From Gordius albopunctatus (taxonomy: Eukaryota): DNA of 64,000 nt. A program made the translations under genes and the position numbers. This document shows, piece by piece, positions 50,501 through 62,590 of this stretch. Numbering within the stretch: the first letter of the stretch is position 1; each line of letters starts with the position of its first letter. The notes below the pieces were generated by a model that saw only the letters and a list, made by a program, of their open reading frames with translations, made no database searches and had not been told where the DNA came from. The stretch covers positions 16,926,001 through 16,990,000 of the forward strand of contig OZ193909.1 in assembly GCA_964276515.1 (NCBI GenBank). Direction: 5' to 3'.

Positions 50501-51616
50501 TATTTAGCCAGTGGTTCTTTCGACAAATACGTTCACATATGGTCCTCTCAAGTATCACTTTTTTGCACCTAGGATATTTGTTGTTTTTCAACTCGACTCA
50601 TGTACTAGATACACCCTGGGTGTTGTTTATTTGTTTTCAATAAGTTGCTTCTCTGCCCCGCTTAGAAATATTATTTTACAAAGATTATGTAATCACTTTA
50701 CAACTTGTGATAGGGCCAGGTCTTGATTAAATTTCAGAGTAATATGGTCAATAAATCTCTGGATGTAGTTGCGAATTTTTTTTACGCTAAGCGATTTTCT
50801 TTTACAAGATACAGCGCTCGTATTTTACCATTTCAAGCGGCCGAGAACCTATGTTGAGCGAACGATTAAAAGGCGGCTAAAAGTTAGGAAGACGGGGGGT
50901 GGTCCGTTTCAAAAATTGTCTAAAATCAGAGTTTAGCATAGATGTATCTCTAATATAAAAGGAAGACCTGCCTGATTAGTATTTTTAGAAAGCCTCCTTT
51001 TAAAATGTATTTAAGCGAGTTGATTTTTGTTTATTAATAATAGACAGGAGCCCTGATAAACACATTTCAAGGCACGGGTGGTATATTTGAAATATGTTGG
51101 AATCATCGGGGAGACAAGGTTGGAGCCAGTGCTTCTGACGGATCGGTAAATAGCATAAAAATTATAAAAAATTTGTGAATTTTAACAACAATATAATACT
51201 TGTGTTTGTTATCTCAAAGAGATAATTATGTTAAACTTTCTAGTAACTTTATTCAGATTAAATTTTTTAGATTAAAAACTAAATATATACTGTTTTTCAA
51301 AAGATTCTTGTGGAATAAGTCTAAATATTTTCGGCTAATTTATATATATATATAACTAATATCGTAAGTTACATAGCTTTTGGAACAACATAAAATTTAT
51401 AAATTGTTATTAACTAAGTTTGATCGGTGATTCGATATAAAATATATGTTTAACCTTGTAGAGTGTAAAGATGCGTTAATTCTTAGATTTTTCAAGGTTT
51501 TATATGTTTAAAAAAATATTATTTAAACTGTATTTTTGGTATAATTCCTTTTAAAATGTTTATTTTAGGTTTTCGTGCTCGATCTACGCAATTTGAAGCA
51601 ATCAACGACAAACTGA
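38514..51616 (+). CDS. TBL1XR1: F-box-like/WD40 repeat protein TBL1X/TBL1XR1 (Drosophila ebi) orthologue; 14 exons
   Basis: Exons 38514-38571 ([20 protein letters not shown], LisH), 38609-38754, 38836-39211, 39275-39497 ([15 protein letters not shown]), 42823-42979 (SGDSTARIW...[10 protein letters not shown]), 43293-43356 ([13 protein letters not shown]), 43521-43618 ([14 protein letters not shown]), 44275-44335, 44636-44757 (PALDVDWQ), 45119-45193 ([10 protein letters not shown]), 47112-47239 ([11 protein letters not shown]), 50386-50551, 51044-51145 (GGIFEICWN...ASASDGS), 51569-51616 (VFVLDLR...stop). Confidence 0.95.
40073..40363 (+). mobile_element. tRNA-derived SINE (or tRNA pseudogene with 3' extension) in TBL1 intron 4
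   Basis: Pol III A-box TGGCGTAGTGG (~40084) and B-box GGTTCAATCCC (~40129) at tRNA spacing; poor acceptor stem; followed by a ~200-bp GC-richer body. Confidence 0.6.
40498..41180 (+). mobile_element. Second copy of the CAGTGGCGTAGC-type dispersed element (inverted relative to 5380-6842)
   Basis: Extended reverse-complement similarity to 5380-6090 and 6812-6842. Confidence 0.7.
45353..46779. mobile_element. hAT non-autonomous element, 8-bp TSD GCAGATTA
   Basis: gcagatta|TAGAGAACTGCA ... TGCAGTTCTCTA|gcagatta. Confidence 0.9.
47380..47620 (-). mobile_element. Degenerate RTE LINE 3' fragment similar to 14600-14900
   Basis: Shared cataacttt..acttgcc.ttt..ac and atgtccgccataggttga segments. Confidence 0.55.
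47657..49917 (+). mobile_element. Decayed piggyBac transposon (PGBD-like transposase pseudogene) in TBL1 intron 11
   Basis: TTAA|CCCGACAGGTACC ... [61 protein letters not shown] and a C-terminal Cys-rich domain (RCKVC...CCYC..GLHLKCW), with many stops and frameshifts. Confidence 0.92.
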
Positions 51617-52169
51617 ACCTGTCGATTTTATCTGAATAATATAACATAAATGTCTCATACATTTACCATTTTTTATACTACCTTATATTTATTTATTGTA
51701 GAATCATACGGCTCAAATTAGTTTTATATTTATTATTTGTAGAATAAATATATAGATATAACCTAACCTAATTTTTGCTTTATTTTATGATATAGTATGG
51801 GAAAAATTGACTTTACCTTACAAAATTATAAAGGATAGAACTGCGGATTTGAAACTCTTTTTAATGTTATTTACTATTTGTTTTTTTGATTTTTAATACA
51901 ATATATAGTTTTTTTTAAATATTTAACTGTTTTATAACATAAATTTACCATGATCTCCCCTTTTTGTAAATTGACAAATAAACATTTAAACTTTTCTTTT
52001 TTATTTTAAATGTAGTTAAAATTGCAAAACTTTTAACATGCAAATAAAAAAATAATCATTTATTAAATATCAAACCTTATTATATTTTTAGAGTTAGGCA
52101 TGATGAAGGTTAAATATAGTTCCAATAGTCTTCGTTTTTAGGGTTTACGAGCGTTTAATGTATTTGTGT

Positions 52170-53030
52170 TGGTGCCCTGCACGATTAACACGACCCGACC
52201 CGATTTTTAAAATTCCTTTGGATCGGTTCTGGGTTGAAAATTTTGAAATGCTTTCGGAGCTAGTTCCGGTTTAAAAGCCTTCAGGTCCCGGTCGGGTTTA
52301 AGGTCATGAATCTGACATGCATAATAGACATATCTTTTAATAATGAATAACAATGTGTGTTTAATTTATCTAATTCCGTCATTTATATTATTTCCTTGTA
52401 ATATACATCTCATTTTTGGATTTGCGCAATTTTAAACTCAATGTTATAAATTCTTATTAACATATAATGGATATCACGAAACATTTTAGCGATTTTTCCT
52501 TTTTAAATATTAATGTCTCGCCTTGTTTTACCGCCTAGAATAAAGTAAAATTATCATGATTATTTATTAGACGAATGATTAAAAGGTATAAAAAAACATA
52601 ATTTTACAAACATCTCTTCAAAAATTAGAGTTTTTGAAAAAATGATCCCTTTTTTTCTTTCATTTCTGCACTATATTGCCTCAACCATTATTAGTCTTAA
52701 AATCAAAATTACTTGTTAATACAGTCAGACTCCTTTTAATTTAGCAAAAGTTTAAGAATATCGGCCTTTCATTTTTTTATGGTGCCTACTGAAGAAAATG
52801 AATGGCTTGCTAAGAGAGATACTTTGGATGAAATATAATTTAAAAAAATTATAAATGCATTTTTTCCTAATGCTTTCACTTCTGGCAAACATGCTTTAAA
52901 ATGTTGAAAAATCTGTTTTTTGGGGAGATAACGTTTTGTTGCTAGTTAAAACTATCAAAATCAATTTTACACCAATAATTTTTTTTACTTTCGGGTTCGG
53001 GTTAAAAAAATGGGACTTTGCATGGCTCTA
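52170..53030. mobile_element. hAT MITE, degenerate 8-bp TSD ATTTGTG(T/A)
   Basis: tggtgccctgcac ... ttgcatggctcta; same subterminal cgggttcgggtt.aaaaaa motif as the 45353 element. Confidence 0.7.
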
Positions 53031-54329
53031 ATTTGTGATGCCTGCAACTTGGCATCTAGGCCTAAACGTTAAGATCATAAACAATATATATTATATAAAG
53101 TGTCATGAAAGTGATGGTTCTATAATACAGTTCAAAAAATATTAATTTGTAGTTCCATCTCGTAATATGACATATATTTCTGCTGATAGAGATTTTTACG
53201 CTGAAAAATAATATGTTTTTAAGTTTTTCCCAATACCTCCAAATTCTGAAATAAAACGTTAGAAACACCATTTTTCGCACCTTTAACCTCGAACACTATA
53301 ATTTTGCGCGTAAAATTTTTAATCATAGGTTCGATTGTGGGATGTTAATTTTCTAGCCCTGTATAATTAATAACTTTGCCAAGTGGCAATTTTTCTTTCT
53401 TACAATTGCACCATTGGAAGAAGTATAAAGGAAGATTATAAATCATACCTATATTTTAAAGTTAAAAATGGTCGGACCAATCATGTATATGTCACCAAGT
53501 GGATTACGATAAAGCATTGATTGCTACATATTAGGCCTTCTACTTGTTGCGTTGGTACTGAAAGGTCCTGAAATATGATTACGAATTAGATTAGGCTAGC
53601 TTTATCGACTCACCTACCTCCTCCAGAAAGCAAAACCACTAAACAATGGAAGACATTTAGGTAACAAGTAAAAAATATATTTTGTATATCTACATAATAA
53701 ATATCGCAGATTAAGTAGCGAACACATAAAGGTTATTCAGAAACCTCAAAGAATCTCTCAATTGCCCCTGAGACTTTCAAAATTTCTTGGATTTTTGTCT
53801 CAGTTTTTAAAAAACTAATATATGAAAAAATTCCTCATATTTTTTTGCATATTGATAAAAGATCCAAGAATATACAGTTGTTTTACCGCTCAACCGCCGT
53901 CACCTGCTACAGGATAAATGAAAAGTTATTTATATAAAAGCGTACTACTTTTAATGACCATACTTTAATGCCTATTTTAGCACCGGTCTTTTCTCTCTTG
54001 TTATTACCCTTATTACATGTATCTATCGACATGAAATATTTAGAGGCAATTAAGTTTTCAAACTTTAAATTAGGGATTCGAAACGACGCATTAGCAGTTC
54101 ATGAAACTAAATGGACTAATATTGGGGCCAAATAAAGCCTGAGAAAAATTCCAAGATGGGTGCAATTAATATAAAAAGCCCTTATATATATATTAGATAT
54201 TACTTAATACAATCATTTTTATATATGTAATCCATATATATGTATTGTGAAGATGAACCAGATATATCCCAAAAAAAGTTAAATATTATAAAATATTCGT
54301 GAAAATAATAGGAAAGTTTATACGCGTTC

Positions 54330-55798
54330 TCAACGGGGGCTATACATGTCTCGGGACTATACTTATCTTCTCGATTAATTTTGGTGTTATTAATTTTTAC
54401 CCAGTCAAATTTAGATACAAAATGTACTTTATAAAGATGCATTTCAGACATAAAAAAAAATTCTGGAAAAAAATATACATAGAAAAATTTATAGAGAAAA
54501 TAAGGTTTTTTGGGGGTAAAAGCTCCTTGTTTAATTTATCTTTATTGTTAATAACTTTCTAACTATACGGTTTTTTAGAACCCAAACAAGTTTTAGAGAA
54601 AAGAGTGAATTTTTCTATAATAAATTGCTAGAAATAAACAGTTCAGTTGTAAATAACTCTGTCATAGCATGCCCCAAATAAATATTTTAACCATGGGGCT
54701 ATTGTGACCGGGGCTATAATTACACTTTTATTCGTTCATATATTCAAAATAGTGCAATTTTATAAGTGCAAAACAAATTATGGGCATTATTAAGAAGATA
54801 AAAATGGGTTAGGCAGGGGGGCAGCTGCCCCCCCCCCTCCTCCAAATTTATAGGTTTCTATATTTTAATGAATTTAATGTTGGATTTTAAATCCTCATTC
54901 CACCCACTCACATTAAATCATATCCGGACTTTTGCCCCCCCCCCTCACTTTCTGCCTGTGCCCATGAAAAGAAATATAAAGTTTATTAAACAAAGAAACA
55001 AAAAAAAATTAAGGGATATAGCCTAAAAAACTTTGCCTCTCCCACTATAAAAAAGATACGAATAAACCAAAGTTGCTGAAAAAATAAATTAATAAAAATA
55101 AAGATTGTTGCAGTGCATGCAAAGACTATAAATTTAACATCAGCATGAAGATTGATTTACATGCAAAGGTTGCTCGATGTGAGCCCATCGATTTTGTTGC
55201 AATCATGATATTTTTATGTGTAAAATATTTGTTAATAATAAAAAACAATGTATAAAATAAGTTAATATTTTTGCTATTTTTTAGTTGTTTTAACGTTAAT
55301 TGAATGTTTTCATAAATAAAGTAAAAAAAACTACTAAGGTTATGATTAGAGTTGTTAAATTGCTAAGTTTCTTCAAACTCCAAACGCGAGCACACACACT
55401 GAGTTGCTTAATATGCGCGTTAACACAATATGTGCTCGCTGTTTGGTGCACTAGGCACAACAGTAGCGTATAAAAATGCTCTAGGGCCGAGCAGAAACTC
55501 GAGCATATGGTAGCTGGAGTTGAAGAAAGTTAGCAATTTAACAACTCTAGTTATGATAGCCCCGCTTATGAGACATGTATAGCCCCGGGCATTTTTTCAA
55601 TTTCTAGAAAATGTGTTTTTTTCAAACCTATCTGGAATTAAAAATATGGATTCTTATAGTGTAAAAAAATTTTCTAACATAAAATCTATTACTAAAAAGT
55701 AAAAACATTTTTATGGAAAAAATTCTTTAAAATAGTTATAACATTTTTGTCTAGGGCGCTTTAATTTTTTATGGCTACGATAGCCCAGGTCTCCCCTA
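54330..55798. mobile_element. Degenerate TIR element (right end GCCCAGGTCTCCCCTA; inverted GGGGCTATACATGTCTC repeats) hosting nested MITEs
   Basis: ggggctatacatgtctc at ~54336 vs gagacatgtatagcccc at ~55570; left terminus not located. Confidence 0.45.
55347..55549. mobile_element. hAT MITE with ~30-bp TIRs and 8-bp TSD GTTATGAT
   Basis: gttatgat|TAGAGTTGTTAAATTGCTAA ... TTAGCAATTTAACAACTCTA|gttatgat. Confidence 0.9.
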
Positions 55799-55939
55799 CT
55801 CCCAATCTGTATAATAAGAATTAATAATAGAATACTACAAGTATCATGTTTTAGTTTTTAGATTAATTTGTATTTAAATCAATTTACTACTCTTTAAACT
55901 GCTTAAGTAAATGTTTTGGACTAAATTGTTACAAATTTC

Positions 55940-57645
55940 TAGAGACCTTCACGGGCGGCCCGAGGCCCGGCCCGGCCCGAAAAATCCCGGTCCCGGACGG
56001 GCCCGGGCCTCAAATTTTGAGGCTTTAAAATTCCGGGCCGGACCGGGCCTAATTCATAAATAATAGGCCCGGCCCGGAATAATTTAGAAGTAAATAATTT
56101 AGAAGTAGTAGCCTAAGTAGTCTTTTCTGTTTAAAACAATAATTACAAAAAATTAATTAATTACAAGTTATTGATTCGTTCATTTTACGCTTTTTCTAAT
56201 ATACAAACAATTGAGTATGGAACAAAAAAAATCTACTCCTAATAGCTGAAAATATTCGGAAAGAATTTTATAAAGTAAAGGAAATCCACACCTACATAAA
56301 GTTAAGGATCTAGGTCTGAATTTCGACTCGAATATTTACCTGGTGAGATTCGAAAATCGAATCGAATTTTTAAAAAGGGATTTGAAAAATTATTTATACT
56401 TGATAATTGTTTTAAATATACAAGACAAAAATAATTAAACTGTTTTCATCTTTCAGCAAATTAGTTATTTTCCTCAATCACTAAATTTAAATTTTATAAG
56501 CATACATAAAATATATAAATAGCACTTTACATACAATATGGGCTTCAACTTCAAAAAATATTCCAATATTTGTGCTAACATTTTAGGTCAACTATTATTT
56601 AATGTTTATTATTATTTTTGTACTTATCCATCAAACTTTAACATAAATCATTAAACTATAAATAATATATTTTGATATGCATTAACCTTATGCGCCGAGA
56701 TTTCATTTATATATATAAACATTCTAGATTTATAATAAAACAAGATAATAACCCGTTTTACGGATACCGAAACTAAATAATAGATAAACTTTAATTAATG
56801 CCATCTAGGCGAAATTTTTAATAAGAGACTATATTAATTTAAATAATTTTGAATTTTGATACTGAAGAATAAAAATAAGTTAATGGTTTGGGACCATACA
56901 AAATCATCGAATTTGCAACCTGCAATCATCGTCTAAGTTTTTGTATATAACAAACAAAGACTGACTAAAATATCAATATTTTATCCTTCTTTAATATTTT
57001 TATATTCAATCATTGCATTTTTGTGAATAAATTCATTTATAGCGATATTTAGAAATTAAAAAACTTTAAAAATATTTGAATCGATTTCGAATCTTTAAAT
57101 TTTTTTAGAATCAAATTCAAATCCTTATTTTAATATTCAACGTCTCGAATTTAATATTTTTTAAAATAAAATTATCGAATCCGAATCGACTACTAAAAAT
57201 ATTCGATTTGATTTGAAATCCAGAGGCGTTGTGGAAAGACCATAGTGGTCAATTTCTAGCGCTTAAGTCCCTTGTTTTAAGATTTTTCGAAACCTGCTTC
57301 ATTTGCCTCGAGTGAGAGGTGTTTTTTGTTAGCGGGCCGGATTTATTAAGACCGAAGAACAAATTTAAACACGGAAATTTTCGATGCCTGTGTTTTTTGC
57401 ATCCAAAATAGTTCCATTATCGATTTATAATTATATTACCTGCGTTTTATTTTTTAATTAAAAATTTTATAAAAATTTAGTTTGATTAAATTCCTGCAAT
57501 TCTAAAAATTCCGGGCCGGGCCGGGTCCGGTCCTTGTTTTTAAAGATGCTAAAATTCGGTTCCGGACCGGGCCTTTTCCCCATTTTGAATTCCGGGCCCG
57601 GGCCGGGCCGGCCGGGCCTTAAAAATTTGATTTTGCAGGTCTCTA
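55940..57645 (+). mobile_element. hAT non-autonomous element, 8-bp TSD CAAATTTC, with a hATC remnant and a nested TTCGA-rich MITE (~56310-57222)
   Basis: caaatttc|TAGAGACCTTCA ... TGCAGGTCTCTA|caaatttc; SSERCF..AGRI..DRRTNL..EIFDACVF-like remnant at ~57305-57400. Confidence 0.88.
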
Positions 57646-58214
57646 CAAATTTCCCATCCATTTTCTTTGAATTTATAAAATAAATGCCAAAATTTATGGA
57701 ACCTTCAGAGCCTCCCATTCTTTTGAGTTTTTTAAAAAGCATTTAGGGTTTGAGTTATTATGGCCTGTACCTGCTAGATAAAATACTTTATTCGACGCAT
57801 TAAAAAAGATTTTGATTAAACACAAGCTGGATAGAGGTTTTATCTCTGAGCACTGCACAGTAAATTTTTTAATATGATATCAAAAGGATTGCTTTTATAT
57901 TAAAGGTATTAGAACCCTTATCAAAAACTAATGAATTTTTGGAGAAGTATATATTTACTTAGCATTTTATTATACCTTCACTATTTCACAAATTTAAATT
58001 AATTTAAACCAAATCGGCAATGGAAATTTTGTTGTCAACCTCTAAAAGAGGCTATTAATTAAAATTTAAAAATAAATAAAGGTAAAAAGAGGTACCTTTT
58101 ATAAGTTTTAAATATATTAGATTTCCTATTTGTAACCTAGATAATTTAGTGGCCACAATTTTCCACCTGGTTACAACCAGGAAAATACAATCTAACTAAA
58201 TTAATCACTTTAAA

Positions 58215-59130
58215 TTTTTTTTAATAATTAAAAGTTTATTTCCGAATAATTAAGTATGCTGTATGCAAAAATATATAAAATTAATGAGCTGGCATCGATC
58301 CATGGATTGAGATTGTATTAGATTTTACAATTTCCATGGTGAGTTTCTGCTAGATGTGAAAGAATTCTTTGGGATCCTGTGTAATGGAGGTTACATATTT
58401 TGATATTTGTTTGAGGAATTGGCTGCTCTCGGGACCTAAATTACCGAGGGTCGTGGTCACTACTGGTACAAAGATAATATTGCTGAGATATTTGTATTTT
58501 TCCACTTTCTTTCTTTCAGTAGAAGAGATGAGTTCGGGAGAGGCGTTATATTTGGCAAATATGTCCACTGCAGTGAAGTCCCAAAAAGCGTTTAGGCCGC
58601 GAGCCCACGGGATAATTGTTAGACCGTCGGGTCTTTTACCGTCAATGGAGATTAGGCCAGTGGGTTCCATTTAGTTGGGAAAGCCGGCTTTCTTCAAAAA
58701 TTGTCCGATTATTTTATTTATTGAAGCATGACGGGGATGCCGCCCCTTGCTGTATTGGCAGTGTAGAGGATGGTGGCCGTTTGCTAGAACGGGTTAGCGA
58801 CAGAGGTCCTAGTTGAATGACACAATGTCGCAGCCAAGGCGTAGGCCTAGAGCTATTCGAAGTTCCTCGCCCGACAAGTTTAACCCTAGATTTTGGCTTG
58901 GTAAGGCCTCGAGCCATTAGTGACCTCCGGAGGATGCCAAATTGAAGTGGAGATTTCCCAAAGATGGGTTGTTGGAAGTGAGGTAAGCTACGGAACGTGC
59001 TATCAGTGGTAGATCCAATTCCTTTTGGGTGGTTCCAGTTGCGTGAGTTGCGGAATCAAGTTTGAGGTCTTGTCACGCCTGAAGGACGCTGTCGATGTGC
59101 GGGTCTTGGGTTGTATCAATTCAATGATTC
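58215..59130 (-). mobile_element. Third, divergent CRE-clade retrotransposon fragment (knuckle, RLE and 3' tail)
   Basis: Minus strand HPLHCQYSKGRHPRH...MEPTGL..DGKRPDGLTIIPWARG..WDFT..FVPV; AATAAA and A-run at ~58215-58240. Confidence 0.8.
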
Positions 59131-60347
59131 CTGGTCAGGAGGTCAATTTTAAAAAAATGAAACAGCTCTTGAATACATACAAAAATTTATTAATTCGAAT
59201 TTATTTTAAAATCCTTGATAATATTTTAAAATTAAAATAACTTTTTATTGAATTCAATGTACCACTAGCATCAAGTGCTGCAGCCGTAAAAGTTTCAGTC
59301 TCGGTAAATTAATATTTAATGAAAAACTCACTAGTTTATTAGATCAGATTACAACCTTGAATACAATGTATCGTTGAAATTAAGTCGTTATATAATGCCT
59401 CATAAATTTTATACTTTATCAGGCGCGTAGCCAAGTGGGCAGAAAGTAAGAATTTTCTACCCATTTGATTAAAATTTGAAAAATTTTTTGATTGATAATA
59501 AGATTAAATGGGTTAAAATATTATAGTTTAGTTGCATAAAAGGTTTTGAGACACGTGTATAAAAGTCTGGAAACATAATATATACATTCAATTTTTAGAA
59601 TTTAATTTTAGACTTGCACCCCAACATTATAATTTTCCACTATTGATTGTAAATTATGAAAAGAGTTTGTATACAAGATTTTTCCCCCTTAAAATATCAG
59701 ACCCTGGTATTGCTTGTAAGTGGCTTAAGCTTTTTTTTATATTTATAGGATAGTTATAGTAATTGATTTCTTATATATATTAACTAGCTGTGCCCGGCCA
59801 AGCGTTGCTTTGGCTCAGTCCTTGAGTGGTTACATAAGTATAACCTATTAATAAGACTTATCTAAAATAAGGTCATATATGAAATAATTTATAATGTGAA
59901 AGATCCTAATGCTAATGCAAATAAATATCCATAATATTTATTGAAGAGCGATATAAAATATTTATTAATACATCTACAATGCTAAGGCAATAATCTGGCC
60001 AAATTTGGTGGCAATCGGTTGAGAACTTCAAAAGTTATTAGCGCACAAAAAAACGGCAGGATCCGTGGTATGAGGACATCTTCTCCAGTGAAAGGTCCAG
60101 TCAAAATCTAATAAAAAGGGGAGAAATGCTAAAAGAAATATAAAATTATAGAGTTTAAAAGGTGATTATACGCGAGTAAAATCAATAGGCTTTAATGGTA
60201 ATTGCTAAAAGTTATGAGTGGATAAATAGAAATAATACTAACTTTAATTATTCATGCAGAAAAGTAGTGAGGCGTTATAAAGAGGGTTGTAGGTTGGGGT
60301 AAGAGATGCTTCGCAGCTTAACTTCTTCCTTAGAAAGGAAGAAATTG

Positions 60348-61322
60348 CTATAATGCTTGGGGATAGACAATATTTTTGGTCATGTTATTATCTGTGTAGA
60401 TATACAAATTTTGTGGATTGCCGACGCGCGAACATGCAACTAATTGTCCATTTGAAAAACAATCTGTTTCTAAATCTATACCACAAATTTCTAGAGACTG
60501 GCCTTGAGCTTTGTTAATGGTAACGAGTTTAAAAGGAAATTGCAATCTTTTGAATTCAAATGGTAAATCTGTTGGAATCAAAGGGATCCGTGGTATGAAG
60601 ACATCTTCTCCAGTGAAAGGTCCAGTCAAAATCGTGGCCTCAACAACGTTGCACATTAAGCGTTTAATAGCAAGACGTGTGCCGTTGCAAAGTTTTGGCT
60701 GATTAACATTGCGCAACATCATAATCGGTACGCCAATTTTCAAATGCAAAACGTGTGGTGGTATGCCTGGGAGATCTAGCGAATTTAAAAATTCGAGCGG
60801 ATAATTAACAGCGTCATCAGCAGTAACAACAGTGTCAACCGATTTGTAGGTAACTGGAGTGCCGTCAATTGTAGACAGAATGAGATGGTTAAGTTCCCGG
60901 ACGTCTTTATTCTTTGGGGCAAGAATAGCCCGTTGACGGAGCCATATTCGATCCTGATAATGGGTGTTAATATTTGGAAAAATATTTTCTACCAAAGCTG
61001 TTTTGGACGACACAAAATGGCAGAATTTGGTAGGAAATGAAATCCGTCCTGTGTTTATATCGACGGACACGGTTCCGTTTCCAATTTCTAGAAATTTATG
61101 GGAGAATAACTCACATGCTTGCTCATTTTGTAACATTACACGCATATTAGTAGTTAAATTTAAGGTTTTTACATAAGGCCATAAAATAGAATATTTTAGG
61201 CAAGCATTGAGCTCATCAGCAGGGGTTGATCGAGGAAGCACTCGTAAAGTTTGCCTGAAATCTCCTGCAAGCAATAAAAATGCGCCACCAAATGGTCTGG
61301 AATCTCGCCGCAAATCTTGCAA
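60348..61322 (-). pseudogene. Helitron PIF1-like helicase C-terminal segment
   Basis: FGG..GDFRQ, LCNGTR, IPRIP, QFP, TINKAQGQSL, NIVY. Confidence 0.85.
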
Positions 61323-61330
61323 AGAACGAT

Positions 61331-62569
61331 CTAGAGCTTCGAGCGATTTTTATGGGCCATTGTGCATTGATCCCAAACGATAAGTTTGCACCTTACTAAT
61401 ACTTTACCCATTCCAGATGCTCGGGAAATGTTGCACATGGGAGTTTCGCTATAATGAATGTTTAAAGGCAATTTTAATGCTGAATGAGCAGTTTTACCAC
61501 CAGGCAACAATGTCGCAGCTATTCCGGAAGATGCAAGAGCCACGGCTATTTCATTTTGGGATCGAACAGTTACAAGAAGTAAAGTCAGTAAAAATGTTTT
61601 ACCAGTTCCGCCAGGAGCATCTAAGAAAAAAATATCTCCAGAACCTTTATTAACAGCTAATAATATTGTATCATAAATGGCTTTTTGTTGGAGTGTTAGT
61701 CTTGGAACATTAGAGCGCACATAAAACAAAAGATCTTCTTGGTTATAATTAAGTTCACGGTAGAATTCGGCATGTAATGGAGCGGCAGAAGAGCGATTAG
61801 GCGCAGGCATCCCCAATTGTATTAAAACTTTATTCCCGATTTGTAAGCATAAATCTTCAAGAATAATTAAAGTTTGATTATAATGTGACATTTGAGGCAT
61901 GTTAATGATAGGATGTGAAGTACTATTCCGATGAATAATATCTTCTGCCATGTGTGCTTTATATTTATCCCATAAAGATTTAGGATTTGAAGGAGAGCAT
62001 GAAGTCAATATAATCGCAAATAATGCACGGATTTGTTTTGGATGTGTAGTATGACACGCTTCACTGATGCATTCATCCCAATGATTATCGTGTTCTAATA
62101 GATGCATAGCTTGGCATGCACTGCGGAAAGTGCGATGTACAACACCGTCGACCACTTTTAATTCTTGGAAACATGTAGGACCACGTACATTAATTAAAAG
62201 CATGCGAAGAAAGAAACATTCATCTTGATTGAGATGGATAGTGTATAGTCGGCCTATCGCATCATCTTCGAATATGTCAGGGTGTCCATCGACACGCTTT
62301 CCACGTTTGCGACGGCAAAACGATCTGCTACGCGAATTCCATGTGTAGTAGGTAGGTACCTCTGAATAGAGCAGCGTCTGCGCAAAAACACCATGTTGGC
62401 ATAGCTTGAAGAAAGCTGTGAGCGTTGTGTCGGGGGGGGGGGGGTTTAAGGCAATTTGTTGGACATTAGCATTTGTAAAATAAACTCGCTGCCCATTTTC
62501 TAGATGCACGGCTAAGTGAACCACAGTAGGACTACGGTCATGTATGGGAAGGGATAGAATACGCCACAC
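61331..62569 (-). pseudogene. Helitron RepHel middle segment with the N-terminal part of the PIF1 helicase
   Basis: WRILS..HLENGQ, GPTCF, Walker A DAPGGTGKT, ASSGIAA..GGKTAHS. Confidence 0.85.
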
Positions 62570-62590
62570 AGCTTCATTACTGCTAATGTA

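Noticed and set aside
53062..54562. Short hydrophobic ORFs (53062-53280, 54200-54451, 54299-54562)
   Set aside because: F/I/K/Y-rich translations typical of AT-rich non-coding or TE DNA; no motifs or splice support.
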